Assembly: GCA_964016885.1 (NCBI GenBank)
Contig: OZ024740.1
Coordinates: forward strand, 153,388,001 to 153,452,000
Source: Eledone cirrhosa
Taxonomy: Eukaryota
Length of the DNA: 64,000 bases
Reading direction: 5' to 3'
Shown here: positions 1 to 13,999 of the stretch, piece after piece
Position numbering within the stretch: position 1 is the first letter of the stretch
Layout of the letters: each line of letters starts with the position of its first letter
Notes under the pieces: generated by a model
The model's input: only the letters and a program-made list of their open reading frames with translations
Databases searched by the model: none
Told to the model about the DNA's origin: nothing
Position numbers and translations under genes: made by a program

Positions 1-1202
1 GGGCCAACAGTGGAGACGGTGACCTTGTGTTTTTTTAGCAAATGAAAATAACACTTTGGAGTTGAGTTTGATTTTCTCAATGGCCCACCTCTCTTCAGCT
101 ATTCTCTGGTTATTGACGATGTTATATTGCTGGAGGTTATATTTTTTTTTACTCAAGCAGGATGATAGCCATTGAATTAGTGTGTTGCTGTTGGCAGTAT
201 TTTAGTGTGTTAATTTTTTTGTTTGTTCTTCTGATAATTGTTTTTTCTGTTTTGGGGGATACTGCACTTGGTTTTGTTCACAGGTTTTGGTGGTGTGTGT
301 TTTGTACATATATTTGTGACAGTGTTTACAAAGATCTGCCAAGATGTTTTGATGTTGGTGGAAGTGTGTGCGTGTGTAAAAGACCAGTCGACATGTGATA
401 GTTCGTTCATAATTGCATTCCAGTTGGCATTGTAGAGATCCATGTTATCAAATGGGTGGGCTGGAGAGAGGACCCTGGGATTAGCTTTCGGCTGGTGGAA
501 TCTCAGGTTACAAAGAACCATGTCATGGTCTGAGAGAAGGGTTTTTTCCACTGTAATATCATGTATAGTGTTAGTGTGGTTACTAAACAATAGATCCAGA
601 ATGTTCTTCTGATGCCTCGTTGGTGCAAGGGCAAGTTGGGACAAGAAAAGCTCATTCATGAAGTCAAGAAGTGACTCGACAGCCTCTTTGTCAGTGGTTG
701 AGGCTGTGGAGCCTGGTTTCAAACTACATGTAGACCAATCGACACAGGGTAGATTAAAGTCTCCCATCAAAAGTATGTTGCTAGAATGGCACTATTTAAT
801 AAAGCATTTAATACTGTTGAGGCACTCTTTGAAGCAGATTATGGGTGTTTGTGGTGGCCTATAGAGCCCAACTAATGTCAGGTCATTGGCTTTATTGTGC
901 ACAGTGACTGGTTCACAGTATCCATTAGAGAATGTTGCGTTGCCATCTGCCGTAAAGGAATAATGCAGGAAAATGGCAGTTCCACCCTTCCTTTTGCCAA
1001 CACGATCCGCACGGATGGTTGTGAAATTTCTCACTCTTACTTCGGCCTCCAAGTGGGAGTTGTCAAGGTGGGTCTCAGTAAAAATGAAGAAGGGGATGTG
1101 AAATGGATGGTTACCAACCCAATCCTCAATTAATTGGATCTTCCATTTCTGTGCATTGATGTATGGGCTGATACCTTGTGTATTGAGTAAGAATGTGGAC
1201 AT
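1..1202 (-). mobile_element. CR1/L2-group LINE, ORF2 N-terminal APE endonuclease region, interrupted by a stop; continues beyond the window start
   Basis: ORFs 792-1202 and 210-770 are in the same frame, separated by a stop; they carry APE motifs FTETHL, RxDR..GG, LYRPP, GDFNLP, LDLLFSN and SDH. Confidence 0.85.
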
Positions 1203-1287
1203 TCGATTCGTTGGAAATTATGCAAACAAGCCTCAATTTTATAGCCAGATTACAGTTATTGTTTTCAGCCAGGTAGAGCGAAATTTT

Positions 1288-1290
<3 letters not shown>
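1200..1290. repeat. Short rearranged fragment of the HHR-associated tail family also seen at 19371-19720, 20345-20469 and 30851-30985
   Basis: attcgattcgttggaaattatgcaaacaagcctca matches 19621-19653; cagattacagttattgttttcagccaggtagagcgaaa is the reverse complement of ~19376-19411; followed by (TA)n(TG)n. Confidence 0.7.
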
Positions 1291-1385
<95 letters not shown>

Positions 1386-1593
1386 GAAGTATTTCCGCCA
1401 GAAAGGTACAGGAAAAAAGAGTGCTCTATGTAGGCTACAGAGCTTATTAGTTATGTAATAAACAACATAAGATAATTATTTCATTTACCAGTGGTTTCTT
1501 GAAGGCAGATGTTGTGTCTATCTTCGTGTAAATTCCAATGAAAGTGACTTGTGACTATGTTAGAAACCAGCTCTATTGGTGAAAATTTATAAA

Positions 1594-1989
1594 ATAACTG
1601 TTTCTACTATTGGCACAAGACCATAAATTTCCCCAGTGAATTATTGGTGCTTCATTTTATCGACCCCGTAAAGATGAAAGGCAAAGTTAACCCCAGTGGG
1701 GTTTGAACTCGGAACGTAAATGGCCATAACTCTATGCTTCAAAGCATGGTTTCTGACGCTCTACCTATAGTGCCAGTTCACTGCCCTTTAAAAAATGTAT
1801 AAAATAATTGTTTCTACTTTTGGTACAAGGCCAGCAATTATCCCAGCATGTTACTGGTACTTTATTTTATCGACCCCGTAAGGATGAAAGGCAGAGTTAA
1901 CATTTGCGGGATTTGAACTCAGAACGTAAAGGGAGGTAGCTATGCTGTAAAGTATGGTGTCCGACCCTCTACCGATACTGCCAATCCAG
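1594..1989 (-). mobile_element. Two tandem tRNA-derived SINEs (Meta-domain-like centre)
   Basis: Minus strand: A-box-like TGGCAGTATCGG, B-box-like GAGTTCAAATCC, central GCCTTTCATCCTTACGGGGTCGATAAAATAAAGTACCAG, 3' end GTAGAAACAATTATT; more than 12 copies in the window. Confidence 0.85.
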
Positions 1990-2094
1990 AAAGCAGAACA
2001 TACATGCACACACATGCATACATACACGCACATACATACATACATACATACATACATACATACATACATACATACATACATACATACATACATA

Positions 2095-5000
2095 GTCAAC
2101 GTGATCAGTCGCATATTTTGGCGTGGGAGACTCTTTATTAAATTTAAGATGAATACTATCTCCGACAGTAATGCCACAACTACAGCCAGGTTGAATAACT
2201 GGTTATTCTTCTAACTATCCCTTCTGAAGACACCTTTTATTCGAATTCGTAGAGATATCCGACTAAATACATAATTCATTTTACAAGGATTTGCTACAAA
2301 CAGCATGGCTGAACACAACATCAACAAGAAAATTAAGGAAGTACCGAAGACAAATAACAAAGAAGGTAATCAAACTTTATTCAGTTGTAGCTACAGAAGA
2401 AACGGAAATTATAAATCGCATTTCTCTTGGAGTTGCGAACTTAATAGTGATTTATTTAATTGTTATAAAATGGCAAAAAACAATCCCTCCATTGGCTATA
2501 TGAATAGAATGAAGCTACACTGGGACGAAATGCACCCAGAGCTAAATTATTTCACAGCGAAACAATTACGCCAACAAGCGACGTTTGTTGAACGCAAAAA
2601 TAAGATAAATATTATTAATTGTAAGTCCCCCACAACAAACATGGAATCAACAACACGTGCTACAGATCGCCCTGCTACTAGACTTCCTAGCAGCCAGGTC
2701 GAACAGCGCTTTAAAACAACCATGCCTGTAAGAAACTTGACACCACCTGTACCATCTAAGTCTACCTCGAATGCTGGGGAAAACACTATCGATAATAATA
2801 ATAATCGAAGAAATAATAATAATAATCGAATAAATGTTACACCACGTATACCATCCGAGTCTACCTCGACTGTTGTGGAAAATACTATCGATAATGATAA
2901 TCAAAAGTATAAACAATTGAAAATTTCCCTCAACGAAATCTTCCAGAGAGAAATTAACTCATGTATAAATATCTCTCTGGCAGAACGTGTTAAAATGACA
3001 ATGGTGAATAAAAAACCAAATAATGAAATACTACGTGTTATTGACGAAATAGGGGATGAATATTTACGACGGATAAAAACCCCAACATTTTGGCAAATCA
3101 ACGCCTGTTTATATGCCTTAGCAATGACAGTGAAGCATTATCTTGGTGATAGCAGAGATATTAACAAGAACAAAACACCACCAAAAATACCATCATATAT
3201 AACTAAAATAGAAAACAAGAGTCCTGACCTACGAAAAAACATAGGACATGTGACAATGCTCCTTACATGCAAACAAACACAAAAAAACCTCACTCCTCAC
3301 CAACAAAGAGTGAAAAATAAAATAGAGACGGTGTTTGGTAACAGTAGAACCAGAACTCTTCAATATAAGCTGATCACCCTCAAACAAGAATTGAGAGCTG
3401 TTAGCGAAAAACGCCGATACCTGAAGAAGGTAGATGAGAGAAAAATGCTTAATAACAGATTCAGACGAAACCAAACATCAGTCTATAGAGATATGAAGGG
3501 CAAAATAATAAGTGTCACTGAGGCCCCATCCCAAAAAGACATAGATTCCTTTTGGAGAAAAATATGGGGTGAAAAGAAGAATTTCAACCAAGATGCAGTG
3601 TGGCTAAGAGAAATCCGAAAGAACTATTGCTCCTACACTACAACAAAAACATACGAAATAAGTGAGGGTACCCTTGAGACTGTGATAGGAAAACTCCAAG
3701 ATAAGAAAACACCAGGAAGAGACATGATTGTCGGCTACTAGTACAAAAAACTAATATTCTATCGGAGGTATCTTACTGACCTCTACCAACAAGTTCTTAA
3801 GGGAGATACACTTATACCAGAATGGTTGACATTAGCACAAACGTTACTGAGACACCCACTTGGCAAGAAACTACCGACCCATTGCATGCCAGAACCTGAT
3901 GTATAAGATGTATACAGCCTGCCTGAACCTATTCCTCCAAGATCACTGTGAAAATAATAACATCATCACAGATGAACAAGCAGCTGGAAAGAAAAGGGTT
4001 TGGGGATGTGCTGAACAACTCCTAATCAACAAAACTGCGATGTCGGAGGTGCGACAACTTAGGAGGAATATGACTACAGTCTGGCTGGACTGCAAGAAAG
4101 CTTTCGATTCTGTTCCCCACTCTTGGATGATAGAGGCCCTCCAACTTGCTAAAGTCCCAGACATTATTGTCAGAGCCATAGAGAGGCTGTCTTCTTCTTG
4201 GGCTACTATCCTAAGGTTAAAGACAGAGAGGGAGGACTCTATTATCACTGATAAAATAAAATATTGTAGGGGTATATTTCAAGGGGACAGTCTCTCTGTG
4301 ATATTGTTCATCTTGTCATTAAACCCCTTGTCCTTTCTGCTCAAGAAATGTGAGGGATACATGTGAGTTTGGCCAATATAAATGCTCATACATGACTGTA
4401 AAGCGGGGAAAAACAACAACCCAATCTAGCAACATTGTCATCAATGGTCTAACTGTTTCACCGATATCTAATGAGGACTGCTACAGATACCTGGCGATAG
4501 ATGAGAACATATCCTATAATGGTATCTGTAATAAAGAACGCGTAACCAGGGAATACTACACCCGATTAAGAAAGATCTGGTCATCGGAACTCTCTGCGCA
4601 AAACAAAACAGTGGCTCACAATGGAACTCCTTGAGAGATATTCCCTGTGTGATAATCAAAAACTCACTCCCAGGGATGTCGCTCAGCAGTATCGCAGTGA
4701 ATCCATGGATGAAAAACTGCATGCCTATCAGCAAAAAATCATGCATGGATATGTTGCCAGGAAGCTCCAGAGTGAGAGTAATATAGATAAGGAAAGTAGT
4801 CTATCTTGGACCAACAACCGCTATATTGGCTCCCACTTTGAAGGATACGAATTTGCAATCCAAGAACAGGAGATTATCACGAAATACCTGATTAACAAAA
4901 GAGATAGGGATGCAGGCAAAACACCTAGATGTGATAACAAGTGCAGACTCTGCAGAACTAACATCGAGGATATCACCCATGTCATCAGCAGCTGCCCAAA

Positions 5001-5760
5001 GATACTATCTACCTATGAGGCATGATAGAGTGGCCGAAACACTGTACAATGCAGTTCGTAAAAAAGATAGCCCCGATAATAAACACATTAAAAGCTACAA
5101 CAATGTGGAAGACATCCATGTACATAATATGAAAGAGTACTGGTGGAATGTTCCAGTAAAAACCCCAATAAAATGCAGGAATAACAGACCAGATATTATG
5201 ATATGGGACAGGGAGAAGAAAACATGCACAGTAGTGCAAATTAGCTGCCCAGCAGATGCCAATATAATATCAAAGATTAGTGAAAAGGAGAATATTTATG
5301 CAGAACTGATGAGAAATCTGCAGATACTCCACCCTGATTACACCTTCAGATTTATGCCTGTGATTATTGGGGCACTGGGATATGTTAGTAACTGCCTCAA
5401 TACAAATCTTGAGAAGCTAGGCTTCACAGGAACAGAAAGAACACAACTAGTTAGGAAACTACAAGTACAATCCATTAATGGAACAGTGAAAATATGTAAA
5501 ACATTCCAAAAATTTTGCATCTAATAGTTGCATATACACATGTACAGATACAAAGCATATACACATGCACACATACAACTCAAAATATACACATCCACAC
5601 ATACAATAACATCCATATCTACACATGCATGCATGCAGACATACATACATATCTACCTAGTTGATGTTGTGTAAATTCCAATGAGAGAGTCTTGTGTCTA
5701 TGTTAGAAACCGACTCTCTCTCTATTGGTAAAACTTTGTGAAATTATAAAACCAGAAGAA
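2095..5760 (+). mobile_element. R4/Dong-clade non-LTR retrotransposon (RT plus C-terminal zinc knuckle and RLE), near full length but with stop, frameshifts and internal deletions
   Basis: ORFs 2305-3741, 3860-4366 (NYRPIAC, LDCKKAFDSVPH, GIFQGDSLS), 4621-5025 (CRLC..H..SSC) and 4910-5524 (RH, RPDIMI..); flanked on both sides by (CATA)n. Confidence 0.85.
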
Positions 5761-5775
5761 CATACATACATACAT

Positions 5776-6013
5776 GGTGGCTGCCAACTCGTTTTTGAGT
5801 ACGGCCACTACTTTATATCCATGTAGGAAAACCCCTATCGATGCGCTGAATGAGTGTGACTTTTTAGTCCAGCCAGCGACTTGAAAACTCTGGTACAAAC
5901 ACTACACTTGTGACAATTATTGACACATAGTGCTGGGCCCATCGTACCATGTGACGACAAGTGCAGAGAGATCTCCAGATATAAAGCAATGATTGTGCCG
6001 TGAAGCTTTTATA
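5776..6013 (-). mobile_element. 3' fragment of RTE-derived non-autonomous (bipartite) element
   Basis: Matches 7710-7945 and 8960-9195; (ATGT)n tail on the minus strand. Confidence 0.75.
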
Positions 6014-6034
6014 GATACATACATACATACATAC

Positions 6035-7690
6035 AACCCAATCTAGCAACATTGTCATCAATGGTCTAATTGTTTCACCGATATCTGATGAGGACTGCTA
6101 CAGATACCTGGAGATAGATGAGAACATATCCTATAATGGTATCTGTAATAAAGAACGCGTAATCAGGGAATACTACACCCGATTAAGAAAGATCTGGTCA
6201 TCAGAACTCTCTGCGCAAATCAAAACAGTGGCTCACAATGTGTTTGCTGTGCCTGTCCTAACACCAACGTTTGGAATACTCAATTGGACGATAGACGAAA
6301 TCCGAGCAGTTGATGTTGGAACTCGAAAAATACTGAACACCGGAAACTTCCACATCAACAGTGACATAGACCGCCTTTACTTGAAACGTAAGCAGGGAGG
6401 CAGAGGCCTAACATCAGTCCAGACAACATTTGAATGTCGCATCATATCTCTCCGACAACATCTACAAACCTCGAAGCGTAGGAGCTAGCTTCTCGAGCAA
6501 GTCTATCTGCATGAAACAGATAAGATCATGAGAGTTGGGAAGGAACTCCTTGAGAGATATTCCCTGTGTGATAATCAAAAACTCACACCCAGGGATGTCG
6601 CTCAGCAGTATCGCAGTGAATCCATGGATGAAAAACTGCATGCCTATCAGCAAAAAATCATGCATGGATATGTTGCCAGGAAGCTCCAGAGTGAGAGTAA
6701 TATAGATAAGGAAAGTAGTCTATCTTGGACCAACAACCGCTATATTGGCTCCCACTTTGAAGGATACGCTTTTGCAATCCAAGAACATGAGATTAGCACG
6801 AAATACCTGATTCACAAAAGAGATAGGGATGCAGGCAAAACACCTAGATGTGATAACAAGTGCAGACTCTGCAGAACTAACATCGAGGATATCACCCATG
6901 TCATCAGCAGCTGTCCAAAGATGTCATCGCGGTACTATCTACCTATGAGGCATGATGTAGTGGCCAAAACACTGTACAATGCAGTTCGTAAAACAGATAG
7001 CCCCGATAATAAACACATTAAAAGCTACAACAATGTGGAAGACATCCATGTACATAATATGAAAGAGTACTGGTGGAATGTTCCAGTAAAAACCCCAATA
7101 AAATGCAGGCATAACAGACCAGATATTATGATATGGGACAGGGAGAAGAAAACATGCACAGTAGTGCAAATTAGCTGCCCAGCAGATGCCAATATAATAT
7201 CAAAGATTAGTGAAAAGGAGAATATTTATGCAGAACTGATGAGAAATCTGCAGATACTCCACTCTGATTACACCTTCAGATTTATGCCTGTGATTATTGG
7301 GGCACTGGGATATGTTAGTAACTGCCTCAATACAAATCTTGAGAAGCTAGGCTTCACAGGAACAGAAAGAACACAACTAGTTAGGAAACTACAAGTACAA
7401 TCCATTAATGGAACAGTAAAAATATGTAAAATATTCCAAACATTTTGCATCTAATAACTGAATATACACATGTACAGATACAAAGCATATACACATGCAC
7501 ACATACAACTCAAAACATCCACATCCACACATACAATAACATCCATATCTACACATGCATGCATGCAGACATACATACATATCTACCTAGTTGATGTTGT
7601 GTAAATTCCAATGAGAGAGTCTTGTGTCTATGTTAGAAACCGACTCTCTCTCTATTGGTAAAACTTTGTGAAATTATAAAACCAGAAGAA
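6035..7690 (+). mobile_element. 5'-truncated second R4/Dong-like copy
   Basis: Near-identical to 4418-5760 but retains ~310 bp absent from copy 1; ORF 6528-7454 holds the intact CCHC and RLE domain; bounded by (CATA)n. Confidence 0.88.
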
Positions 7691-7709
7691 CATACATACA
7701 TACATACAT

Positions 7710-8316
7710 GGTGGCTGCCAACTCGTTTTCGAGTACGGCCACTACTTTATATCCATGTAGGAGAACTCCTACCGATGCGCCGAACGAATGTGACTTTAGT
7801 CCAGCCAGCGACTTGAAAACTCTGGTACAAATGCTACACCTGTGACAATTATTGACACATAGTGCTAGGCCCATGGTACCATGTGACGACAAGTGCAGAG
7901 AGATCCCCAGATATAAAGCAATGCCTGTGCCGTGAAGCTTTTATAGTGAGCAAAGGCACTGTACAAAGCCAGTCCCACTCTCTTAACCAAGATGATATTT
8001 ACCAAAAAGAAGAACAAGTCAACATCATTGGATACCATCAGAGTTGCAGGTGTTATGTCAGAGTTTTCTTTCTCCTAGAATTCTGCCTTGACAAAGGCTA
8101 AGGGGTCATCTCTCCCACTGATTTTGGATGTCCATTGACTATTAAGAGCTCCTTTGCCCTTTCACAGGTTTTGTTTTTAGTCCTGCAGGATGTCCAAAGT
8201 CACCTTCCTCACCAAGAAACCTTGGTGGGGTTGCCAGTTTAGTCGCCAACGACCCGACCATGAGACAGGTTGTACTGGGATACATGTTACCAGTAGCACC
8301 AACTGGTGACCTGACA
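7710..8316 (-). mobile_element. ~600-bp RTE-derived bipartite non-autonomous element (RTE-like 5' UTR fused to an RTE 3' end)
   Basis: 3' part encodes the RTE-type C2H2 remnant [17 protein letters not shown]; no RT; ends in (ATGT)n; copies at 8960-9512 and 5776-6013. Confidence 0.7.
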
Positions 8317-8959
<643 letters not shown>

Positions 8960-9512
8960 GGTGGCTGCCAACTCGTTTTCGAGTACGGCCACTACTTTAT
9001 ATCCATGTAGGAGAACGCCTACCGGTGCGCTGACGAGTGTGACTTTTTAGTCCAGCCAGCGACTTGAAAACTCTGGTACAAACACTACAGTTGTGACAAT
9101 TATTGACACAGTGCTGGGTCCATGGTACCATGTGACGACAAGTGCAGAGAGATCTCCAGATATAAAGCAATGCCTGTGCCGTGAAGCTTTTATAGTGAGG
9201 AAAGGCACTGCACAAAGCCAGTCCCACTCTCTTAACCAAGATGATATTTATCAAAAAGAACAAGTCAACATCATTGGATACCATCAGGGCTGCAGGTGTT
9301 ATATCAGAGTTTACTTTCTCCTAGAATTCTGCCCTGACAAAGGCTAAGGGGTCATCTCTCCCGGTGATTTTGGATGGCCATTGACTCTTAAGAGCTCCTT
9401 TGCCCTTTTGACAGGTTTTGTTTTTAGTCCTACAGGTTTTGTTTTTAGTCCGTCCAAAGTCACCCTCCTCACCAAGAAACATTGGTGGGGTTGCCAGTTT
9501 AGTCGCCAACGA
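8960..9512 (-). mobile_element. RTE-derived bipartite element, slightly 5'-truncated copy
   Basis: High similarity to 7710-8252; ORF 8997-9284 ends [21 protein letters not shown]. Confidence 0.75.
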
Positions 9513-9600
9513 CATACATACATACATACATACATACATACATACATACATACACACATACACACATACATACAATGATACATACAGACGTGTATACAGT

Positions 9601-10064
9601 ACTCGGAACGTAAATGGCCATAACTCTATGCTTCAAAGCATGGTGTCTGACGCCCTACCGATACTGCCAATTATAAAGTAATTGTTTCTACTTTTGGCAC
9701 AAGGCCAGCAATTATCCAGTGTATTACTGGTACTTTATTTTATCGACCCCGTAAGGATGAAAGGCAAAGTTAACCTCGGCGGGATGTGAACTCAGAATGG
9801 CAAGGGTCGTAACTCTATGCGTCAAAGCATGGCGGCCGACCCTCTACCGTTACTGCCAATCCACCGCCTTATAAAATAATTGTTTCTACTTTTGGCACAA
9901 GGCCAGCAATTACCCAGTTCATTACTGGTACTTTATTTTATCGACCCCGTAAGGATGAAAGGCAAAGTAAACCTCGGCGGGAATTGAACTCAGATCGTAA
10001 AGGGACGTAACTATGCTGGAAAGCATATCTTACCCTCTACCGATACTGCCAATTCACCGCCCTT
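9601..10064 (-). mobile_element. Three head-to-tail tRNA-derived SINE copies (first one partial)
   Basis: Units at ~9601-9672, 9678-9870 and 9876-10064, same consensus as 1594-1989. Confidence 0.85.
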
Positions 10065-10219
10065 CAAGGTAAAATAATGAAACCAGAACACATACACACA
10101 CATACATACATGCATACACGCATACAAACATACATGCACATGCATACATACATAGATACATAGATACACACACACATACACACACACACTTACAGACATA
10201 CATACACAAATACATACAG

Positions 10220-10470
10220 ACATGTATACAGTACTTATCTGGTATTTAATCATTAAAAAGTTGACTCCGGCGATATTGCAACATAGCTATTTCCCCCATG
10301 CTATCTATTCCAGTGTCCTACAGATTCTACCACCTTTATTAAAGATATACTTCCTATTACTAATTATACGTTGTCTTTGTTTCCAAAAATAACTATTTGT
10401 TTCCCAAAATACTATTTCTTCCAAATCTTTCAGATGCACCCGTTATTGATGAAGCTCCAAAGAGTAAGTT

Positions 10471-10472
<2 letters not shown>
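10220..10472. repeat. Unclassified dispersed ~250-bp module ending in (CT)n
   Basis: Copies at 34398-34650 (direct), ~21738-21990 (inverted) and 12005-12120 (partial). Confidence 0.8.
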
Positions 10473-10563
<91 letters not shown>

Positions 10564-10713
10564 TCAAGTTATCAATAATGTAGTGATAATATATCGTCAC
10601 GTTAGAGATGAACAGCGTACGTGTAGGTTTGCTCAACGAGTATAAATTATATTCCGGAGAAAATGTAGAAAAGATGAATATAAAATGAAAGTGCTTTTAT
10701 AAAGGAATTTATT

Positions 10714-10836
10714 AAGTATTGACATATGTTTCTGTAACAGACGGAATACCTATGTATCGCTGCTTGCGTAATCATATAATGTTAGCAAGTATTCGATAGC
10801 AAATGTATAATCAGTTGTCACTTCTTCAGAGATATT
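10714..10836 (-). ncRNA. Type I hammerhead-like motif with greatly extended stem II
   Basis: Minus strand CTGAAGA-A-GTGACA...TGTTAC-A-GAAA-CATATG-TC; palindromic stem/loop III, GUC triplet; stem I weak. Confidence 0.55.
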
Positions 10837-10941
10837 GGATAAATTGGAAAAAATCAGAAAAATTGAAGTATTTATATTAGTTGTAAGAAATGAAGAAGAG
10901 AGGGGATAGTATATGACAGATGGCAATTCAAAAACTAATGT

Positions 10942-11320
10942 AATGGTACGCGATGGGGCCCACCCACAGCCCCGGCGGACAGAATGGAGAAGGCGTTTCC
11001 CCGGAGGACGGCAAGGGAGACGCGCTGGAAAAGCCACTCCAACTTGCGGGGCTCACACCTACGGCTGGCCAGCTCAGCGCCTATGGTGATGAGTAAGGAG
11101 GTAGCCCTGGGGTCGAGGACACCAGAAGTCTCCACTGCCAGGGGAACGACCGCAAACCTGTCGGAGAGCGACCGGTATTTGAGGAGTTTGGTCCCCTCAA
11201 CCCGACGTGCAGCAGAACCTGGGTCAGTCGCAGACTGCACCAGGTTGCGGCTGCAGAAAGTGTCGGTGCAAGTGGCATCCCAGACGAGGGGTTTGCCACC
11301 GCGGAACGGGAAGATGGTCA
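10942..11320 (-). mobile_element. 3' end of CRE-like (RLE) non-LTR retrotransposon
   Basis: ORF 10935-11321: TIFPFRGGKPLVWDATCTDT..K..KY..VPLAVETSG..FQRVSLAVLRGNA, typical RLE C-terminus; GC-rich island. Confidence 0.8.
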
Positions 11321-11532
11321 TAAAATATGACGTCTTGATTTGTTTACAAAATCTACGAAGGTTTGAACGAAAATCTAAGGCTATCGGAAAAAGGTCAAAG
11401 GCTTAATATATGCTGAGAAACTGAATTAATACATTGTAGAATATATTAAAATATGTGTAAAAAAAATATGTGTAAAAAATTAACCGTTATTCGTGGAATA
11501 TGTTATAGGACATTAGCTATATACTTTGTGAA

Positions 11533-11578
<46 letters not shown>

Positions 11579-11879
11579 AAAATAACAGATTAAAATTTAA
11601 GCAAAGAATCGCTGCTTAACGGTGAAAGTAGTGATTCTTTGCTTAAACTTTAATCTGTTATTTTAATAAATATTATAGCATCTACTTATTCTGACAAGAA
11701 TCGAAATATCTGATCGTCTGCAAGTGGTGGAAATTTGTTAACGGTCCGCGCCTTCGATAAAAGGGAAATAACTCGTCTCTCATCTCTATTTATACATTTG
11801 AACTGAAAAATCAATACATTACAAATTCGATTTTTGCATTTGTCGTGGGTCGATTTGAAAATTCTTTTGACCGATGTCT

Positions 11880-12001
11880 CCGCCGGACCTTCATCTATAA
11901 GTGTAGCAATTTCACCGAAATTTGAGCGAACGGTTTAAGAGGAGATGTGTGCCGACCGTTTTAGTAGAGAGACAGACAACCTCAGTTTTATATATATAGA
12001 T
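11880..12001 (-). mobile_element. Probable 5' end of a non-autonomous Helitron
   Basis: Minus strand begins TCTATATATATAAAACTGAGGTTGTCTGTC, like the Helitron 5' ends at 44911, 46254 and 48882. Confidence 0.55.
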
Positions 12002-12114
12002 ATAATTCCTATTACTAATTATAAGCTGTCTTTGTTTCCCAAAATAACTCATAGTATTTCTTCCATATCTAGCTGTTATCAGGGCTGCACTCTTTACTAC
12101 TGAAGGTCCAGAGT

Positions 12115-12276
<162 letters not shown>

Positions 12277-12484
12277 CGTATCATATTTGAAAAGGGGGTT
12301 TACATCTGAAATATAGTGTGTATAACATTACTTTGTTCTGTCGTTTATTTGTCCTGTTTTGCCTTTTACATATTTCTATTGAGTTGTAGCGGTTTACTAA
12401 ATCTTATCTGTCATTTGTTACACACACACACACACGCACATGCACACACACACACTCACACTCACTCACACACACACACACACA

Positions 12485-13199
12485 CATGGCAATAAAGTCC
12501 TTAGAATAACCCTTTAAATGAAAATGCACAATATATTGGAATTAACATTTATTTTTTCTGCAACACATAATCTCCATGAATGCAATAACATCTTTACAGA
12601 GCTTATGCAAAGCATTTAACTCTTTCTGGAACTCTTCCTCCGGCAATTGTCGGAATCAGTGCAACGATTCATCTATTACCTCTTCTAATGAAGTGAAAAC
12701 AAATGTTCTTTGTTTATTCCAGTAACATGTCCAATGCAACGAAATGATTCTTTTTGTTCTGCATCAATGATACTTTGAATGAGTTGAACGTTCGTATGAA
12801 TAGTGGTTGTGCAAGGATGGCCAGAACGAGGGGCATCAATAAGTGATGATCTACTGCCATCTTTGAATTGTTTCACCCAATGATAGATGGTTGAATTTGA
12901 TGGAACGTTGTTAATTCCACTCTCCTTCAATTGTGCAATAATATTTGTTGCTGATTTGCCTCGTTTCCATTTAATGAAAACGCATGCTCTAAAATGTTCT
13001 TGGCTTAATTCGATGCATGTATTATAAACTCACAAGAATGACAACAAAATAATTATGCATAGGGTTGTGACAAAATACAGCATTCATACAGAATATCACA
13101 CGTGTACAACAAAGTTCAAATTCCATCTAATATTAACTACATTTACTGCTATATACGAAACACAGTCTGCTATTCTAAATACCTTATTGCCACGCCAAG
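12485..13199 (-). mobile_element. Internally deleted mariner (Tc1/mariner) element
   Basis: ORF 12685-12930 (TIYHWVKQFKDG..L.DAPRSGHP) is the mariner HTH/linker; imperfect TIRs catggcaataaagtccttagaataac and gctattctaaataccttattgccacg, followed by TA. Confidence 0.85.
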
Positions 13200-13765
13200 T
13201 ACATCTTGTTGTTGAGTTCCTTCTGTTCTTACGGAGAGCATTAAGTAAGTTTCGTCGTTTCAGTAACAATTTCGAATAATGGAGCTGAAGTTGCTGTACT
13301 CCTGCTCCATCCCTTCTCCCTTCTCAATTTATATATTTATCTAGGATATAATATAGCAATAAGAAAACACCGAAGACAACTTATCTTATATCTTTTGTCC
13401 TAGTTCAACATGATATCATATAATACAACACTCTCCAGATCATTTTTTATAATATAAATGATATATTTTGTTCGATAGACGTATCTTCTCTGGTTTCCTC
13501 TGATGTATTCGTGTTCTTTGCTATGTAAATATTCAACCGTTAACGAATTGGCTAGCTGCATGTTGAGGATATATCTATTTCTTTTAGTTAAATCTCTATG
13601 ATAAAACTATGTAACATTTTGTTCACTTTTCCTCTTTGTCTATGCTGTTTCACTATAATTCTTTTCATATCTGACTCAATTTTGTTCGAATTCAAGATTC
13701 CCGGGAAGATACAACTGTTAAATCTGAAGCTCCAGTCGGATTTATATATATATATATATAATAAA

Positions 13766-13892
13766 ATAATTGTTTCTACTTTTTGGCACAAGGCCAGCAA
13801 TTATCCCAGTACATTACGGGAATTGAACTCAGATCGTAAAGGGACGTAACTATGCTAGAAAGCATAATCCAACCCTCTACCGATACTGCCAA
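13766..13892 (-). mobile_element. Internally deleted tRNA-derived SINE
   Basis: Both ends of the SINE consensus present, central domain missing. Confidence 0.75.
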
Positions 13893-13999
13893 TGAGGGCG
13901 GCTGACCGGGCTTGAAGCTGCTAAATGTTCGGCCGCCCTCCTGTCTCTGCTTTTCAGCCCCATGGATTTTGTCTATTATATCCCTTTGTTAAATTTCGA

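Noticed and set aside
2095-2304. 5' self-cleaving ribozyme in the R4-like element
   Set aside because: CTGAAGA is present near 2224 but I could not build a matching HHR or HDV fold
9780-9870. SINE heads as tRNA genes
   Set aside because: Only A/B-box-like motifs, no cloverleaf, and always joined to the SINE body
11686-11716. CTGACAA-GAATC-GAAA-TATC as a minimal HHR
   Set aside because: Core G8 is mutated, and neither stem I nor stem II is convincing
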